Below are positions 25,033 to 38,384 of a DNA stretch of 64,000 nt, piece by piece. Numbering within the stretch: the first letter of the stretch is position 1; each line of letters begins with the position of its first letter. The notes beneath the pieces were generated by a model. The model ran no database searches. It was not told the origin of the DNA and was given only the letters and a program-made list of their open reading frames with translations. Position numbers and translations under genes: made by a program. The DNA comes from Lama glama. Taxonomy: Eukaryota. The DNA is taken from assembly GCA_028534125.1 (NCBI GenBank), contig CM052817.1, positions 78,494,001 through 78,558,000 of the forward strand. The letters run 5' to 3'.

Positions 25033-26244
25033 GTCTCTCCCAATCCTGTTACCTGGTATGAGCAGCACTACGATTTTCATCTCCAGGATTTTCACTGTTT
25101 GAATTCTCTGATGTCTAATTTTCATTCATTTCCAAAGTTTAATATTTAAATATCTATTTAGGGAGAAGCTTTGGTGAAACAGAGATTGTCTACATCCTTT
25201 CATCCTTTTACTTTGAGAATGAGTATCATACCCACACAATTTCACAGCTTTCTTTTCTCTTTGCATTAAAAAAAAATGACAGGCAGGATTATTCCCTCTG
25301 GGGAATATGTCTAGGTTTATCTTAAAGCCCAATAATGGACTAGTGGACCACTCACCATTTGGGAAATTGTGAGATTTTTTTCAAAGTTATACCAAATTTT
25401 CTAATTTATTCATATACTTACCAGAGTTGGCAAATACAGGACTAGTAAGTCAGATACTATCAAGAAGAAATTATCTACTCTGACCATAGAAAAGTAAATA
25501 CCCTAGACGAGGAAGTGGCATTTGATTCCATGAATCCAATCCCATATTTTCCCAAATATCTGATGGCCTGGAAGCTTTACTCCTTCTTCTTCCCCAGCAG
25601 TTGTTTTCATAGGACAGCATTCAAGCCTGTCTGCTATCAAAGAGGATTTGAGGTGGCCTCCAGAGCCAAAGCCCAGGACAAAAATCAGAAGAGGAATTTA
25701 CAAACAAATAGACTCACAATAATATAGTCCAAAGATCGATGAGGGAGACGGATGGACCAGGGACCTTAAATAGCTAAAATGGTTAAACCCTAAATTATTC
25801 TTATATCCAGAAAAAAAGAAAAAAGAGGGGCACATGCGTATGTTGTTCTTGTAAAAAGAACTAAGTTAAAGTTTTCTAACTGTTCGGTCTTAAAATCCAA
25901 GGCCAGAAACAAGCTGTACACTTCAAGCTGTGTCTTTGGAGAGATGAGATAATATCCTCGAAGGACACTGGTTCCTGACAATCTTGTAGTTTAGAGAACA
26001 TCTCCTGTCTTTCTTTGTCTCACTCTTCTGTCTCCTGTCTCCTGTCTCATTGTTCAGATGAGCTCTCTCCACATCTTGGGTTCCTGTCAATTCAGGATTG
26101 AATTTTCTTACCAATCTGGAATTTAATTTTTTGTTTCATTCTTTACTCTTTTCCATTCTCCCATCGTTTAATTTTTATGTATGTATTCATTTATTCATTC
26201 AAGTTTGGGGAGGCTGCCAAAATTTCTATCTAAAATAGGAAACA

Positions 26245-26420
26245 ATCACTGGCCGTAGAGTAAGGAGATCTGAATTGAAGAAGTTCTGACTGAACAGTTT
26301 TGGCTTTTATACTTTGAGCACGTCTCTTAATCTCTTTGAGTCTCAGTTTCCTCATCTACAAAATGGAGCCAATTATTCCCAGGGTTGTTTTGAGATTAAA
26401 AATGGTAGATGTGAATACTC
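26245..26420 (+). mobile_element. MIR SINE fragment
   Basis: MIR core ttaatctctttgagtctcagtttcctcatctacaaaatgg. Confidence 0.7.
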
Positions 26421-29400
26421 TTTTAAAAGTAAAAAAGTTTCTATTTCTTTACAAAACTATAAACCAGCTTCTCAAGCTAGTTGCAAAATTTTATTCAACA
26501 GCAAAAGAGATATGTTTTGACTTGCTCTTAAAACAGAGATATGAGAAGGAGTTTCAGCATCAGATTATTCTCACTTTATTCACCAAATCTATCAGGTAAA
26601 ATGTTGGATTCCTCTTTAATTAGAGACTGACTAGAAACACAGAGGAAAGGCCAAGAGGTTGGGTTTTTTTAAAACAATCACATAAACAGTAGGAAACTCT
26701 AATATTCTCTATTTTAGCCTTGATACGCCTTATCTGAGGACATCAATATTGCCTGATGAACAAAGCTGGATTAAAACTGATACAAAGGTGAGTGTGCTCA
26801 GGCTTCTTAGGCACTAGATCTAGCGAAGGATTTAAGATGCACGTGTTGAGATTAGAGAGTGGAGGATTAGGCTCAGTTCCTGGGATGTTCTGCATTATTA
26901 TTTCTGGATTAAGAGATGATTAAAGAACAGGACACTCAAAAGGCAGACAATGCGGACAGACCCCAGAGTCACTTTTCATGAAGAGATTATAGCAAATTAT
27001 GATGAAATAATACAAACATAAGCCGACAACAATTAGAGACATAGCTAACCACAAAATAACTGACCCAGTATGGGAATTCAGATCCACAGTTGTTTCATTC
27101 CTTTTCCCTCCAAAAGTAAGATATATAGTTAGGTGTGGTTTTTATTCCTTTTAAAAACTTTTTAAGGGAAGCATTAAGGAAAGGCTGCAGCTGGTGAGTG
27201 TTGGGGGGTCAACGATGTTCAACGCTCATTACAAGACAGAACCTGCCAAGAGGAAAAGATGCTTCCAAACTGCCTCTTTGTGGTTGCTGCTCTGGAAGGT
27301 GTGAATACATTTTAAATGTAGAGTTTTCAATTACAGACTGAATTTGGTGGCTGAAGTGTTAATATGCGTGTCTCTGTATAAATCCTTTCATTGTGTGAAC
27401 TTGCTTATTCCTCATTGTATTTTAAAGGACTATAAACTTTTAGAATTTTTGGAATATCCTATTATAGGTGTCTATAACAGCTCTCATTATTCCATTGAAA
27501 TATACACTCTTATCCAACTTTTTAAAAAATAGTGTATTTAAAAGATCTTAGAACTGATCTAACTTCCAATCTTACCTCTCAAAAATGTCATATTGTTACT
27601 GGAATAATAAAATAACTGTAGACCTGAATTACTATTAGTTACTACTAATTTAAAAAGGGGTTCCAAAGCCTACTGACTTTTTAATATTGTACCTACCACA
27701 TATAATTGGAACAGGTTTCTCTAATAAACTTTTAACTCATTTTCTAATCCCAGATTTTTTTATGCGATTCTACTTTTGGAGAAGAATATGTTTTATTGTT
27801 TCCTTTTCCAGACAACTTGTCTCTAAAGTATGCTAAAGCTTTTGCATGTCACACACACACAGGCTCACGCACATACACATCAGACTCAACACATAGTGTA
27901 CTTTAGGGCATTTTAACACCCAGGTTTGAATGGCTGGTCAAGGGGACTAATTAAGACGAGAGCTGAAGAAGGGAAAAGAGGTTTGCCTTCAAGAATCGAT
28001 TCCACAGCTGTATGCAGACTTACTAAAGCATAGTGACGGACTACTTCGCCTTTTGTGATTTGGGTAGGATCTGTGCAAACAGTGGTTGGGGATGTGAGGC
28101 AGCAAGGGAGACTTACACCAGCAATTACAGATAGTCAGAAATTGATATCCCATCTCACTTCCAAAAATTCCTATCAAAATAAAAGCCTTTAACTTCCTAG
28201 AGGGACAGGTGTGGGGCATTATTTATCTATTTATCCTTGCTCCACCTTCGTGTTATTTTAAACTAGAATGTTTAAGACAAGACAAGTTGTTTAATCATGA
28301 CCTTAAATAGTGATTTAAAAGTGGAAAATGTAATTATTTCCCATAAAAAATTCCCTAATAAGTTAACTATTATCTAAACAAAAAACAGGTAACACATAGT
28401 ATCCTATGATTAAGATCTTGTGGATTTAGACTAAATTAATGATATTTTTGAATCATTAAATTGTAAAAACATATTCTAAGCAAGTTGTGTCCTTGCAAAT
28501 TAATTTGGCAATTAATCTCAATTTAAAAATTTTAGACATTTCCATCAATTTTGCTTCTGAAACCAGAGTTAGCACTTGATTTTAAAAGTCTGTGAGTTTA
28601 GGTAAGTCTTTTATGCAAAACTGAGTCTCAGATTTCTCAGGAGTAGCAGGATATAATAACTTCCTCACTGGGTTCCTGTAAAGATTAAGGAAAATGATGG
28701 ATGCGGAAATACCTTGTAAACAATCCAGGGTTGTAATAATATTAATAAACAGAAACTTTTCCATTCACATTGTGAAATCCAAAGCACAGAAACAACTGTA
28801 ATGCAAGTTAATAACTGACAACTTCACTGAAAACCAATAAAATTTCAAATAAAAATTTCAAAATGTAACACAAGATGCACAATATACATTTGTATGAGAC
28901 CGTTAAGGTTAAGTTTTTGGATGGATAAGTTTTTTTTAACTCTTAGAATAATGGAATTTTCAGAACATAATGGCATACAATATCTAATTATTGACAACAG
29001 GGGAATTATGAAATGTTTATACAAATAACTAAGAATACTCTTGAAGATAGTGGTAGCAAATTTAATTGAGGGCTCTGTCAGCTTCCTGTTTACCTCCTTT
29101 TAAGACCCCTGGCTCTGTAATGTGTTGTCTCCAAATCTCTTAGAATTGTGCTTAAAATATATATATATAAAATATATATATATTTCATTTATATTAAACA
29201 ATTTAAGGCATTCTATACTGAGATGAGTATCATAGTTAATTATAACAGATGAAATCTGTATACTTCGAATCTTTTTCTGGTTCATTTGTGGGCAGGGCTG
29301 ATTCCTATAAGAGCTGATGAGAATGTCATCATTCTCACTTGTATTATTTTTACTTCGTAGAAGCCATCACCTCTGCCATTTTTTTTATTGTTCAGTGACC

Positions 29401-29834
29401 ATCTGCTATGCTGAGTAAGAGTGCCTTTCTCAACAGGTTTAGTAAATAATATTAACAAAACTTATTTCCCTTATTTATAGATTAAAGTAAATATAAATAG
29501 AACATTTTCTATGATATTTTCTTCTTTCATCATAATGAGACATCGTGTGCACCGTAATGAGGCAAAGAAGACACTCTATCTTAGGGACCTCTGCTTTACA
29601 AGACTGACACTATTAGAAGCTGGATAACTATTAAGTATAATTTTAGAGGCAATGGGAAACCTCCTCCTCAGTTGTTTAAAAGAGTATCCTGTATCTCTCA
29701 TCTTAGTTAAAAGACATATTTTTAAATCAAATACTCACTGGACCTAACCTTGCAAAGATAATCTCAAATGTCCTTTCCAATTCCCAGACATCAAAATTCT
29801 CTCTTAAACTAATACCAAAGTAGAATGGCGGTGA

Positions 29835-29962
29835 GTCACATAATTTGTGGGACCCAATGCAAGATCTCTTGTTCAAAATTAAAGAATTTCAAGATGGCAA
29901 CAGCAGAGTATTCAACGGAGCACAGAGGCCTCTCCTAAGTGCAGCCCATGAAGCTGGCCCTG
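29835..29962. mobile_element. MER45A-like hAT DNA transposon relic
   Basis: cataatttgtgggacccaatgcaa...aagaatttcaagatggcaacagcagag...cccatgaagctggccctg matches recalled MER45A. Confidence 0.7.
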
Positions 29963-32900
29963 GGTATAACTTGTACTAGAATATAAGAAACTGAGAATCA
30001 ACTACCAGAGGAAGAGAACAGAGAACAGGTATATACTAAAGGTAGACACTCTAAAGAAGGAGAGGCTAAGAGAGCCCAAGATACATATCACCCTGCCCTA
30101 AAATTCTGTCTTCAACTAGTTTTTGGCTTTAACTAGCTATTAACATCTTTGGAAGATATTAGCCAACTGCAGCTTACCATGTTTCTCATCCCGGGGTAAC
30201 TTCATATGTACAGGGGACATTGAAAAACTAAATTACTTAAAAAAATTTTTTTTTAAAAATCATCTTTTTTTCAGGCGGCATTTTAGTACCATGAAAGACC
30301 GCGGTGATATTTGGGGCAGGGTCCCTGTAACTCTCGGGCCATCTCTCACGGGACCTGTCTTGTTAGCTCATCTGCTAGTAGCGTTAATCCTGGTACTGCG
30401 ATTGCTAGAGGGTTAAATTTGTATCTCCTATTTTTAAGAGGCAGTTCTATTTTCCTTCAAAGGTAATATATTTTCATGGCAATTGTAGCAAACTTTGAAG
30501 GATCAGCCCTAGAACTCATATATCTGAGATTCAGGAGAGGCCAAAAGAAAAGCGAGGGCTTTTTTTCCTCGGTTTGCTAGGTGTTTTAGCCAGCACTGCT
30601 GTTTCTGATCTCTGTCACCACTGCTGGCAAGAAATCTCTCTTCAATTACAGGATCTAGTTACTTCTGATTCAATCCCGATTTGAAGCTTTTGATAAGATC
30701 AGTGAATTTTAGTGATGGCTGTAATTTAATATGATATTACAACATTCATTGAGTGCTATCAACATATGAACAATATTTAGATTTAAATTGCGATATATAT
30801 ACTAGTGTCTATTATTTACCTTCAAGTGTATTTTAAACAAGATAACTAAAAATGATCAAGTACATTATGTTTGTGTGTGTGTATTTTGGTATGCCTCTGA
30901 TAATTTAATCAGAAACACATTTTATTGCTGGAACAAAATGCATAATGTTACACCTGGTAATGCCTATGGGCTTAGAGCACATATAACCTGAACAGAAGAG
31001 AGTAGGCAAAGCCATCGCCTAGGTTCAAACGCATAGCTAGGGTTTACTTCTCACAATGATGCGCTATAAACTGTAACCATCTATACTTCAAGAGGCACCT
31101 ACATTGGAGAAATTAATCCTAAATGAATCAAGCCCTTTTACATTAGATTTTTTCCTTTCAAACATAATATCTCCAAGTAAGTACCACAATGTTGCCCCTC
31201 ATTTTGTTTGTCAACTGGCTAGAGATGGTATTGTCTATCTTTGCATGTAAACAATTTTTCATAGTTTCCGTAACTTTAAAAATAGTCATGGTGATTTCCA
31301 AAGAAAGTATCATACCTCATAAATCTTTCTAATTATGCCATTACTACTTATTTTAGAAAATGATGAATTTCAGTCTCATATTTTATCTAGATCTGTGTAT
31401 ATAGGGATGTTGCCTCAAACAACAAGATATAATCATGATACCTTTTTGTTGTTGATAAAAACACCCATTTGAATATAGCCCATATTTTTTGGCTATGTCT
31501 TTAGATTGTGGAATATATGCTCTTTGAGCACACAGCTGGAAGAAGAGGGTGTTTACCTCAATTTCATGTTCGGGAGAAGAAACACTAATAGAAACTTACT
31601 TCTGTCCATCTCCACTACTCATGATATTGGCTGAGCGTTTCAACAAGAAAACAGACAGGAGTGCACGTTGCTAACTTGATTTTTGTCATTTGATCATTAA
31701 ATTTAAATTTTCCACACTGCAGAGGAAGTGTCTAAGAGTTCCACTCAAATGAGTTGATTTCCAGTCGTGTGTAATCATGTTTTTGTTGAGTTTTTTCCAA
31801 ACTTTATGTAACCCCATTATTTCTAAAAATGTTTTTTCTTTTCTCAAGACTATATAAAAGGCAGAAAAATCTTTCAAAAGGATAATTAAAAGAGACGTTT
31901 GATAAGTTAACTATACATATTCTGCCATATTTTTCTTTTTCAAAGTGAAGATTCATTTCAGTGTTTTCACAAGTGAAACTAAAAATAAATACTTCGGAGA
32001 AATATATAAAACATTAAATATATGTCATGTCCAAATTTGCTACAGGAAAAAATTAACGAATGAAAACCAAAAACTATTCACTGACTTACTAAAATAAATC
32101 AGTTTCCAAAGGATCCGGAACTTATTGAAGAAATAATAACATGTAATCTTGGAAGTTTCTATACTTATAAACTTGAGGTCTGCGGACATTAAAGTGAAGT
32201 TTAAATCAAATCTAGCTCAGTGAGTCCTTTAAAAAATTGGTATTGTAACAGGACCCAGTATCCAGCTGTTCTGTGGTCAAATTTGTTTCTTTATCCCGAA
32301 GGGAAAGGTCTGCAGAAACATATTACTAATTTGCTTTTATTCTATACTGATCAAATAACTTACTCTTACTTTTTAAGATGCAAAGCAAGCAATATCTTAT
32401 TTTAAAAGCTTCAAGTGAATTAAAAGTGTATGTTTCATATGTTCCAAATATTTCAAAAGACTAAAATGTGTGGATTTATTGGTCTGCAGTTTTTGGTAAA
32501 TACCAAAAGGAAGGGGAAGGTGTGGATATAACATCTTTGGGTTTAAAAAGTGTGTTCAGGAAGTAAGCAGCCAAGAACACCCTGCTTCTGATACTGGCTT
32601 GGGGACTGGTGGTACAGCAAATGCCAAGTGTCATCTAAGAAGCAGCAAGAAGTACACAAATTTGTACACATCCAAACAAACAAAGACCCACACTAAAATG
32701 GTGCTGGTTTTCTCCACAATGTAACTGAATTTATGGTCAACATACCATTATGTGAGTCAATAAAATATTAGCAGTTCTGTTTTTTCATGTCATACTATGT
32801 GATTTTTTTTAAACCACAATAACTACAATAATAGTATTTATTTTCCGTCCAAGGTGGAAATTAACATGTGGAAGCATCAAGTATCCTAAGTATCAATTTG

Positions 32901-34878
32901 TATGGTAATATCCTGGAAAAATAAAGCAGAATTTAGCGTCACTTCAGGATTTAAATTGCGAAGCATTTTTTAAATGGGATATTTAAGTATTGGAGGACTT
33001 TAATTTGAAAGTCAGTTTTCAAAGCAAAGTCTTGGTGTAATTGACTGCGCAACTATAACTTTTTAAGCTGTTGCTTCTACTAAATGATTGTATACCAACA
33101 GGAAAGAATAAATTACATTCTTCAGAATAATCGTCCCAAAATAAATATTTAGAGGTACTGGTTATCGGTTCAAGGTCAAATGAATAATTGGAATGATTCT
33201 TGCAAGTTATGCTTGCCTTTTTCACCCAATACAGATGACTATAGAATATGCTTTCTTCCTGGTGACTGGCTGATGGCAACTGACCCTGGGAAGTTTCATT
33301 CATTACCAGGTTGCTACTATGGACGCACTGACCCCCAAGCAACACCTGATAAGAAGACAGCGAGGAATACCAGTGTCAGAGAGTGCTGCTTGGTTACTAG
33401 AATCAACCACCTAATCATTGTGAAAACCAAGGAAGAGAGATTAAAATAATTTCAATCAATGCAAATTATGTGGAATTCACACTACCCCTCTGCTATCTGT
33501 TAATTCAGGCATAACTGTCCCATGTCCAATATCTACTCATCCATCTCAGCACGATGAAAAATACGTTCTGTCCTAACAACAGTGACAACAAAAATACACT
33601 GGGTTTTAAAATAAAAAATCCTGACCTCTAGATAGACTGCCTAGAACTACTATAGAAATGAACATAGGAAGATAACAACAGACAGATACATTTTATTCCT
33701 ACCTTTCCCCTCTTCATTTCAAATCTTTTGTTGGAGCTTTCCCACACATTTCCCCAGTCACCACGCAGAGTCTGGTCAATAAATCCAAGTGAGATAACTA
33801 CAGTCTGAATCCTCAGGTTCGTGAAGCCACTTGAGAAAGTTGCTACATTAAGTTATCTGAAGACTGACCCACGGTGGCTACTTGCAATGCAGCATTCCCT
33901 CAGCTCGCTATTATTCTTTACTCTTTAACATTCATACTTAACCACATGAATGTTCAATAGACCCAGGACAAATAAACGGAGGGTGGGGGCTTCCCTCATT
34001 CTTAGAAGAATATTTCTCAATTATATATTTTGTTACATCTTAAGAGATAAAAGCCGTATCTACAAGTGATTAAAAGATATTTTCTATTCATGGTTTCATT
34101 TCTGCTGAAATAAATGCATAATTTAAACCACACATAATTCATAGCAATTTAGGCCCATTACAGAGTTCTAGCTTCTTTTTTTTATGATAGTTACTAATTA
34201 AAACAGAGTGTTATTGCCATGCTGAGCCTGCGACTTCAACATGCAGGTTTAATGAATAAAACATCCTGACATAAAAATGAAAACAATACACACAAAGCTG
34301 CTAGCTGTTATGTTTCGAGTGTGTGGTAAAGATTAAGTACATTCACTAAAGTTGAGAACTGTGCAAAGAAAACATTTGTAATTTCTTTCTTTAAAGGAAG
34401 AAGGGAAGGATTTTTGAGAGAAATCTAACTTCTGGGCCCCTCATTCCCAGCCCCCCTCCCAAGAATTTAAACTCATCAGAGTTCCATCACTTTTAAAGGA
34501 TAAGTGATGGGGTATTTTAATATAATCCTGAATATAGGTTTAGATTGAAAATGGGAATTGGGACCATAATTAATTATGTTGCCAAGTTTTTTGAACTTTA
34601 AGGAGACAGACTGAGGCAAATGAGGACATCTATAAGACTGCAACCTTATAAAAGTTCATGGGTTAAAACTTGGTAAAATGACAGTATCTTTCTGACATTT
34701 GATTAATTCCATATGCAGAGTGAGTGTGAGGAATTAATACCCTTTTGGTGTTTTCACTTTCTGAAACCAAGTAATAAGAGACCGACGTAAAATCAAAACC
34801 AAATATAAACACAGTCTTCAGCTAAGGTTACGGCCTTATTATCGCTCTTAATAAACAATAATGAGTAATAATAAATAC

Positions 34879-35420
34879 CGATCGCCCTCAATACACTCTG
34901 CTCTGTAGGCATATTTGCTCTCGCATCCATCCATCACGTCTTTCAGGATAATAAAACAATTCAACCCCATCAAATCCTCACAACCGCTCTCTCGGGAGGG
35001 ATGTTTTATCTCTACTTCTGCGAGCCCAGGGAGGATTTTACTTGTTTGAAGGGGGCGGAGAATGGAGCGGGGTCCTATTTATTTCCATTGACGACTCCCC
35101 TGGTTCTCACAGCCGCTCAGGGACCGGGTGGGAGGAGGAGAGGAGGAGGTGCGGAGATTCCCTCCTTCAGAGAAGAAAAAGGGTTCAGGAAGCGAGGCAG
35201 GAGGAGGAGGGGTGGAGGGGGGAAGAGAGGGTAGTGTGTTCGGAGAGATCAGCAAAGAAATGAAAAAAAATACATATAGTGTATGTGATTTAGCGGGACC
35301 GAGATGAGAAGCAAACAAATTTGCAACCCAACTAAGTTGATAAAAAAGAACTCTGTTAAAAAATACACAAACCAACCCAGAAACATTTTCTCAGGTTCAT
35401 TTCCCGCTCAAGGTCTTGGT
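34879..35420 (-). other. NDNF: Candidate alternative or proximal non-coding first exon of NDNF
   Basis: Possible donor GATCG|GTATTT (GT at 34878-34877) at the downstream edge of the CpG island. The donor is weaker and the 5' boundary is a guess. Confidence 0.35.
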
Positions 35421-36623
35421 TTCAGGGGGCTACTTGTACCCAGAGCAGATGGACAGCACCCCGAAGGGGACCGCGAGGGGAACCCCGATCGGGCCGGAAG
35501 GACAGCTCAGCGGCAGCGCAAAGGTGCCGGCAGGAAACTCCAAGGATTTCGGTGACCCGCATGCAGCGGGTGCAGGGGACTGCGGGAATTCTCCCGCCTA
35601 GACCTCCGGGGGCGGGATGCGGGAATGTACAGTGAGGAGGGGGCAACAGGGCGCGCAATGAACCGAAACCGCACCCCAAAATCAGCGGTTTGTGAAGTGC
35701 CCCAAGAGAACAGCTGGGACTTGGAACTACTGGTTCGGATCCTGAATGTCGGGCCCGCCCTGACTTCAGTCCTAAAGGGAGCGCGCACTAGAAAGAACCC
35801 CAACTCCCGCACAGACCAGGTTAGGGCATGACGCCCTGTTGCTCCGTTTGGGGCGGGAAGGAGCGTCCGCTCGGCAGCTGCTCTGCTTTCCCGGCAAAAG
35901 TAGGATCCGGTCCCAGCCCACCCTGCTCAGCTCGAGGAAGTTTCTTTAACGATGCTCGCCCACCACACAGAGGACAAATGAGGACCCAGAGCGGTAGGGG
36001 GTCGGCCTGGCAGCGCAGAGAGAGAGCCTAGCGCCCAGGAGTGCGCGGCCCGGGACCGCCCGCCAGAACCGCGCGCTCCCTGCCCGTGGGCGAACCCGGC
36101 GCGCTGTCCAGACCCCTGGCTTTTCGCCTCACACGCAGACGCGCCCTGCAAGACCCCAGTCTCACAGACTTTCTCCAGCGGCGGGCAGAGGGCATGAACC
36201 CGGAGAGGGAGGCAGCAGCCCTCTAGCAGACGGGCAAAGAAAATGTCCAGGCCAAGTAGAGGATAAGGGCTCTGCGGCTCCCCGGACTCCACCGCAGCCT
36301 GGGTACCGGACCCTGTGGCCCCGGCCCGTGCACTGTCTCTCCACCTCCTCCTAAAACCGCTGGGACCGCTCAGCCACGAAACCAGTCTGGACAACCGAGG
36401 GAGATCAGTTCCAATACCCGCACGCTTTCGGCTCCTCGCGATCCAGCGCTCTCGCCCAGCGGTGACCGAGAACCTAGCGGGGCCCCGCCGAGTTAGGGGA
36501 CCTGCGCCTCCACCCCCCCACATCCCAGATGAGCCCTCGAGTGTGAACGTTCCTTGTGTCAGGTCTCGGGTGGCGGGCTAAGGCGTCGGGACGTCGGGGG
36601 TTTGCTTTCCTCTCTCTACTTAC

Positions 36624-36940
36624 CTTAAAAAATTGTTTGTTTTTCCTGGGAGGGAAGAGGAAACACCCTCCCCGAGGTGTGGCGTGCGAAACAGTCCAAG
36701 TCCCCGGCTCCGGCCAAGATGCTAAGCACCAGTACTCAGGAACCAAAGGGACTTGGGGTGGGGGGCGGTAGGGTAGAGGACGCCGTTAAAAGAGAAAAAT
36801 TAAACCGGCCTAAGTGTCCCAACTTTGTGGCCGACGCCGCAAACTTCAAAGGCGGGCAAGAGCTGGTGGCGCGCGGCCGCCGAAGTTGCTGCGAAGTGGA
36901 GCAAGGAGAAGCGCGGGACTGGGGGATTCCGGGGCAGAGC
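36624..36940 (-). other. NDNF: Candidate non-coding first exon of NDNF (TSS approximate)
   Basis: Perfect donor AAG|GTAAGT (GT at 36623-36622). A TATA-like element lies ~25-30 nt upstream of the inferred start, with GC boxes further upstream. Confidence 0.5.
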
Positions 36941-37298
36941 CAGGAAGCGGCGGGAGGTCCTTTTAAAAGGCGGGGAGCGTGCGGGGACCTGGCGGCTGGA
37001 GGATGCTGCAGCGCGGAGCTGAGCTGGCGCGGGCTGGGCGGGTGGCCGCTCGGGGCACCCGCTCCAGGCTGGAGCGCCGCTCAGGGAGAGCCGGGCGCAC
37101 TGGGCGGCAGCGGCGTGTGAGCGGCTTGGTTCGCTCCGCTCTCTCTCGGCTCCGAGCGGGGAGTGTGTGATCGCTCCCGAGTGTCACAGCTGAAGCCCAG
37201 AGCCGCTCCCCCTCCCGCCCCACCGCTGCCCGCCCTCCCCCTCCTTCTCTGCCCACTGCCTCCCGCTCAGTTCCTCCTTCCCTCCCGCTGCGCGCCAC

Positions 37299-37368
37299 CG
37301 CGCGCGCGCGCGCGCGCGCGAACACACACACACACACACACACATACACACACACACACACACACACA
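37299..37368. repeat. Compound (CG)11-(CA)n microsatellite
   Basis: cgcg... at 37299-37320, then an acac... tract to 37368 with one ta interruption. Confidence 0.97.
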
Positions 37369-38384
37369 GCGACCCAGCGCTCTTCAAACAGGGACCCTCG
37401 CGGGCGGCATCGCGGAGGGCATACTCCCATCCTTACCTCCCAGCCAGGCGCAGGGAAGGCGAGGGAGGCCCGCCGAGACCCCCTCAAGCTACAAAACCCA
37501 GGGAGAGGCGTACTCGGGACCATCGCGCTGTCAGGGAGACCCGGGTGCACAATAACGGGGGAACGCAGGTTGATTAGGGAGCGAGGTGGGGAGACGAGCT
37601 AAACTGAGAAGGTTGGAGGCGGAAAGCGGAGTGTGCAAACTGTGCATTCTTGTCCCACTTTTCACCCGGCCGCCTGCCTACCACAGCCGTCGTTCGGGGA
37701 GCGCTCCCCCACGGCGGACTCCGAGCCTTCTTCTCTGGTTTGAAACTCAGCAGCTGTTTTAACAATTGAAGAGCGGCCCTCCTGGACCAGAGAGAGACAG
37801 AGCAGAGTGTGTGAAGCCATTAAGGCTGACTAGGTAATTATGATAAGAAGTTACCTAATTAGCAACCTGGCCTGGGCACAGGAAAACCTAGGGGAAAGAA
37901 GAAAAAAACCTGAGTGATTTAGTGATCTCACATTCTCACTACTGTGAACCTAGTTTCCAGCAAACCTAGCTTCCTGTTTTTTAGACTCTTGAATTTATTT
38001 TTTGATTTATTAAGATACAGCGTCCACAGGATGAGAAAATACTTGCCTGCTTCTCATAGCCACAGAGAAATGAAGATGAGATGAAAATCCACCTTGTCAA
38101 GGTCGTAGTTTTGTTGAATACCTGGTCACAGCGGGCAGTCCAACACAGCTCCTGAAGTTCTGTGATTACTGGATGAGAACACTGCAGTAGGTGGATTTAT
38201 GAAACCAATTATACTCCACAAAATCATTTTGTAAAAGTCTTAGAATTTTTAAACGCTAAAAGGGACATTGAGATCACTCTGCAAACATTTTTAGTAGATG
38301 AGAGAATGAGGTGGGGAAAAAAAGGACCTTTGGATGTCTGCTCAGAAGATCTGGAGTAGTGACTTCTGCACTTATGAGATATGG

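Larger units (their letters stand above)
34990..37750. promoter_or_regulatory. NDNF: CpG island / NDNF promoter and non-coding first-exon region
   Basis: Abrupt switch to GC- and CpG-dense sequence with several GGGCGG boxes and a TATA-like ccttttaaaagg at 36959-36970. It lies 5' of the first coding exon, whose ATG is directly preceded by a splice acceptor, so an upstream non-coding exon is required. Confidence 0.88.

Noticed and set aside
35440..35460. Possible REST/RE1 site (ggacagcacc)
   Set aside because: Only the right half-site matches; the left half TTCAGCACC is absent.
35001..37765. Many overlapping ORFs of 60-198 aa in the CpG island
   Set aside because: Arg/Gly/Pro/Ala-rich products expected from stop-poor GC-rich DNA and the microsatellite; no recognisable domain.
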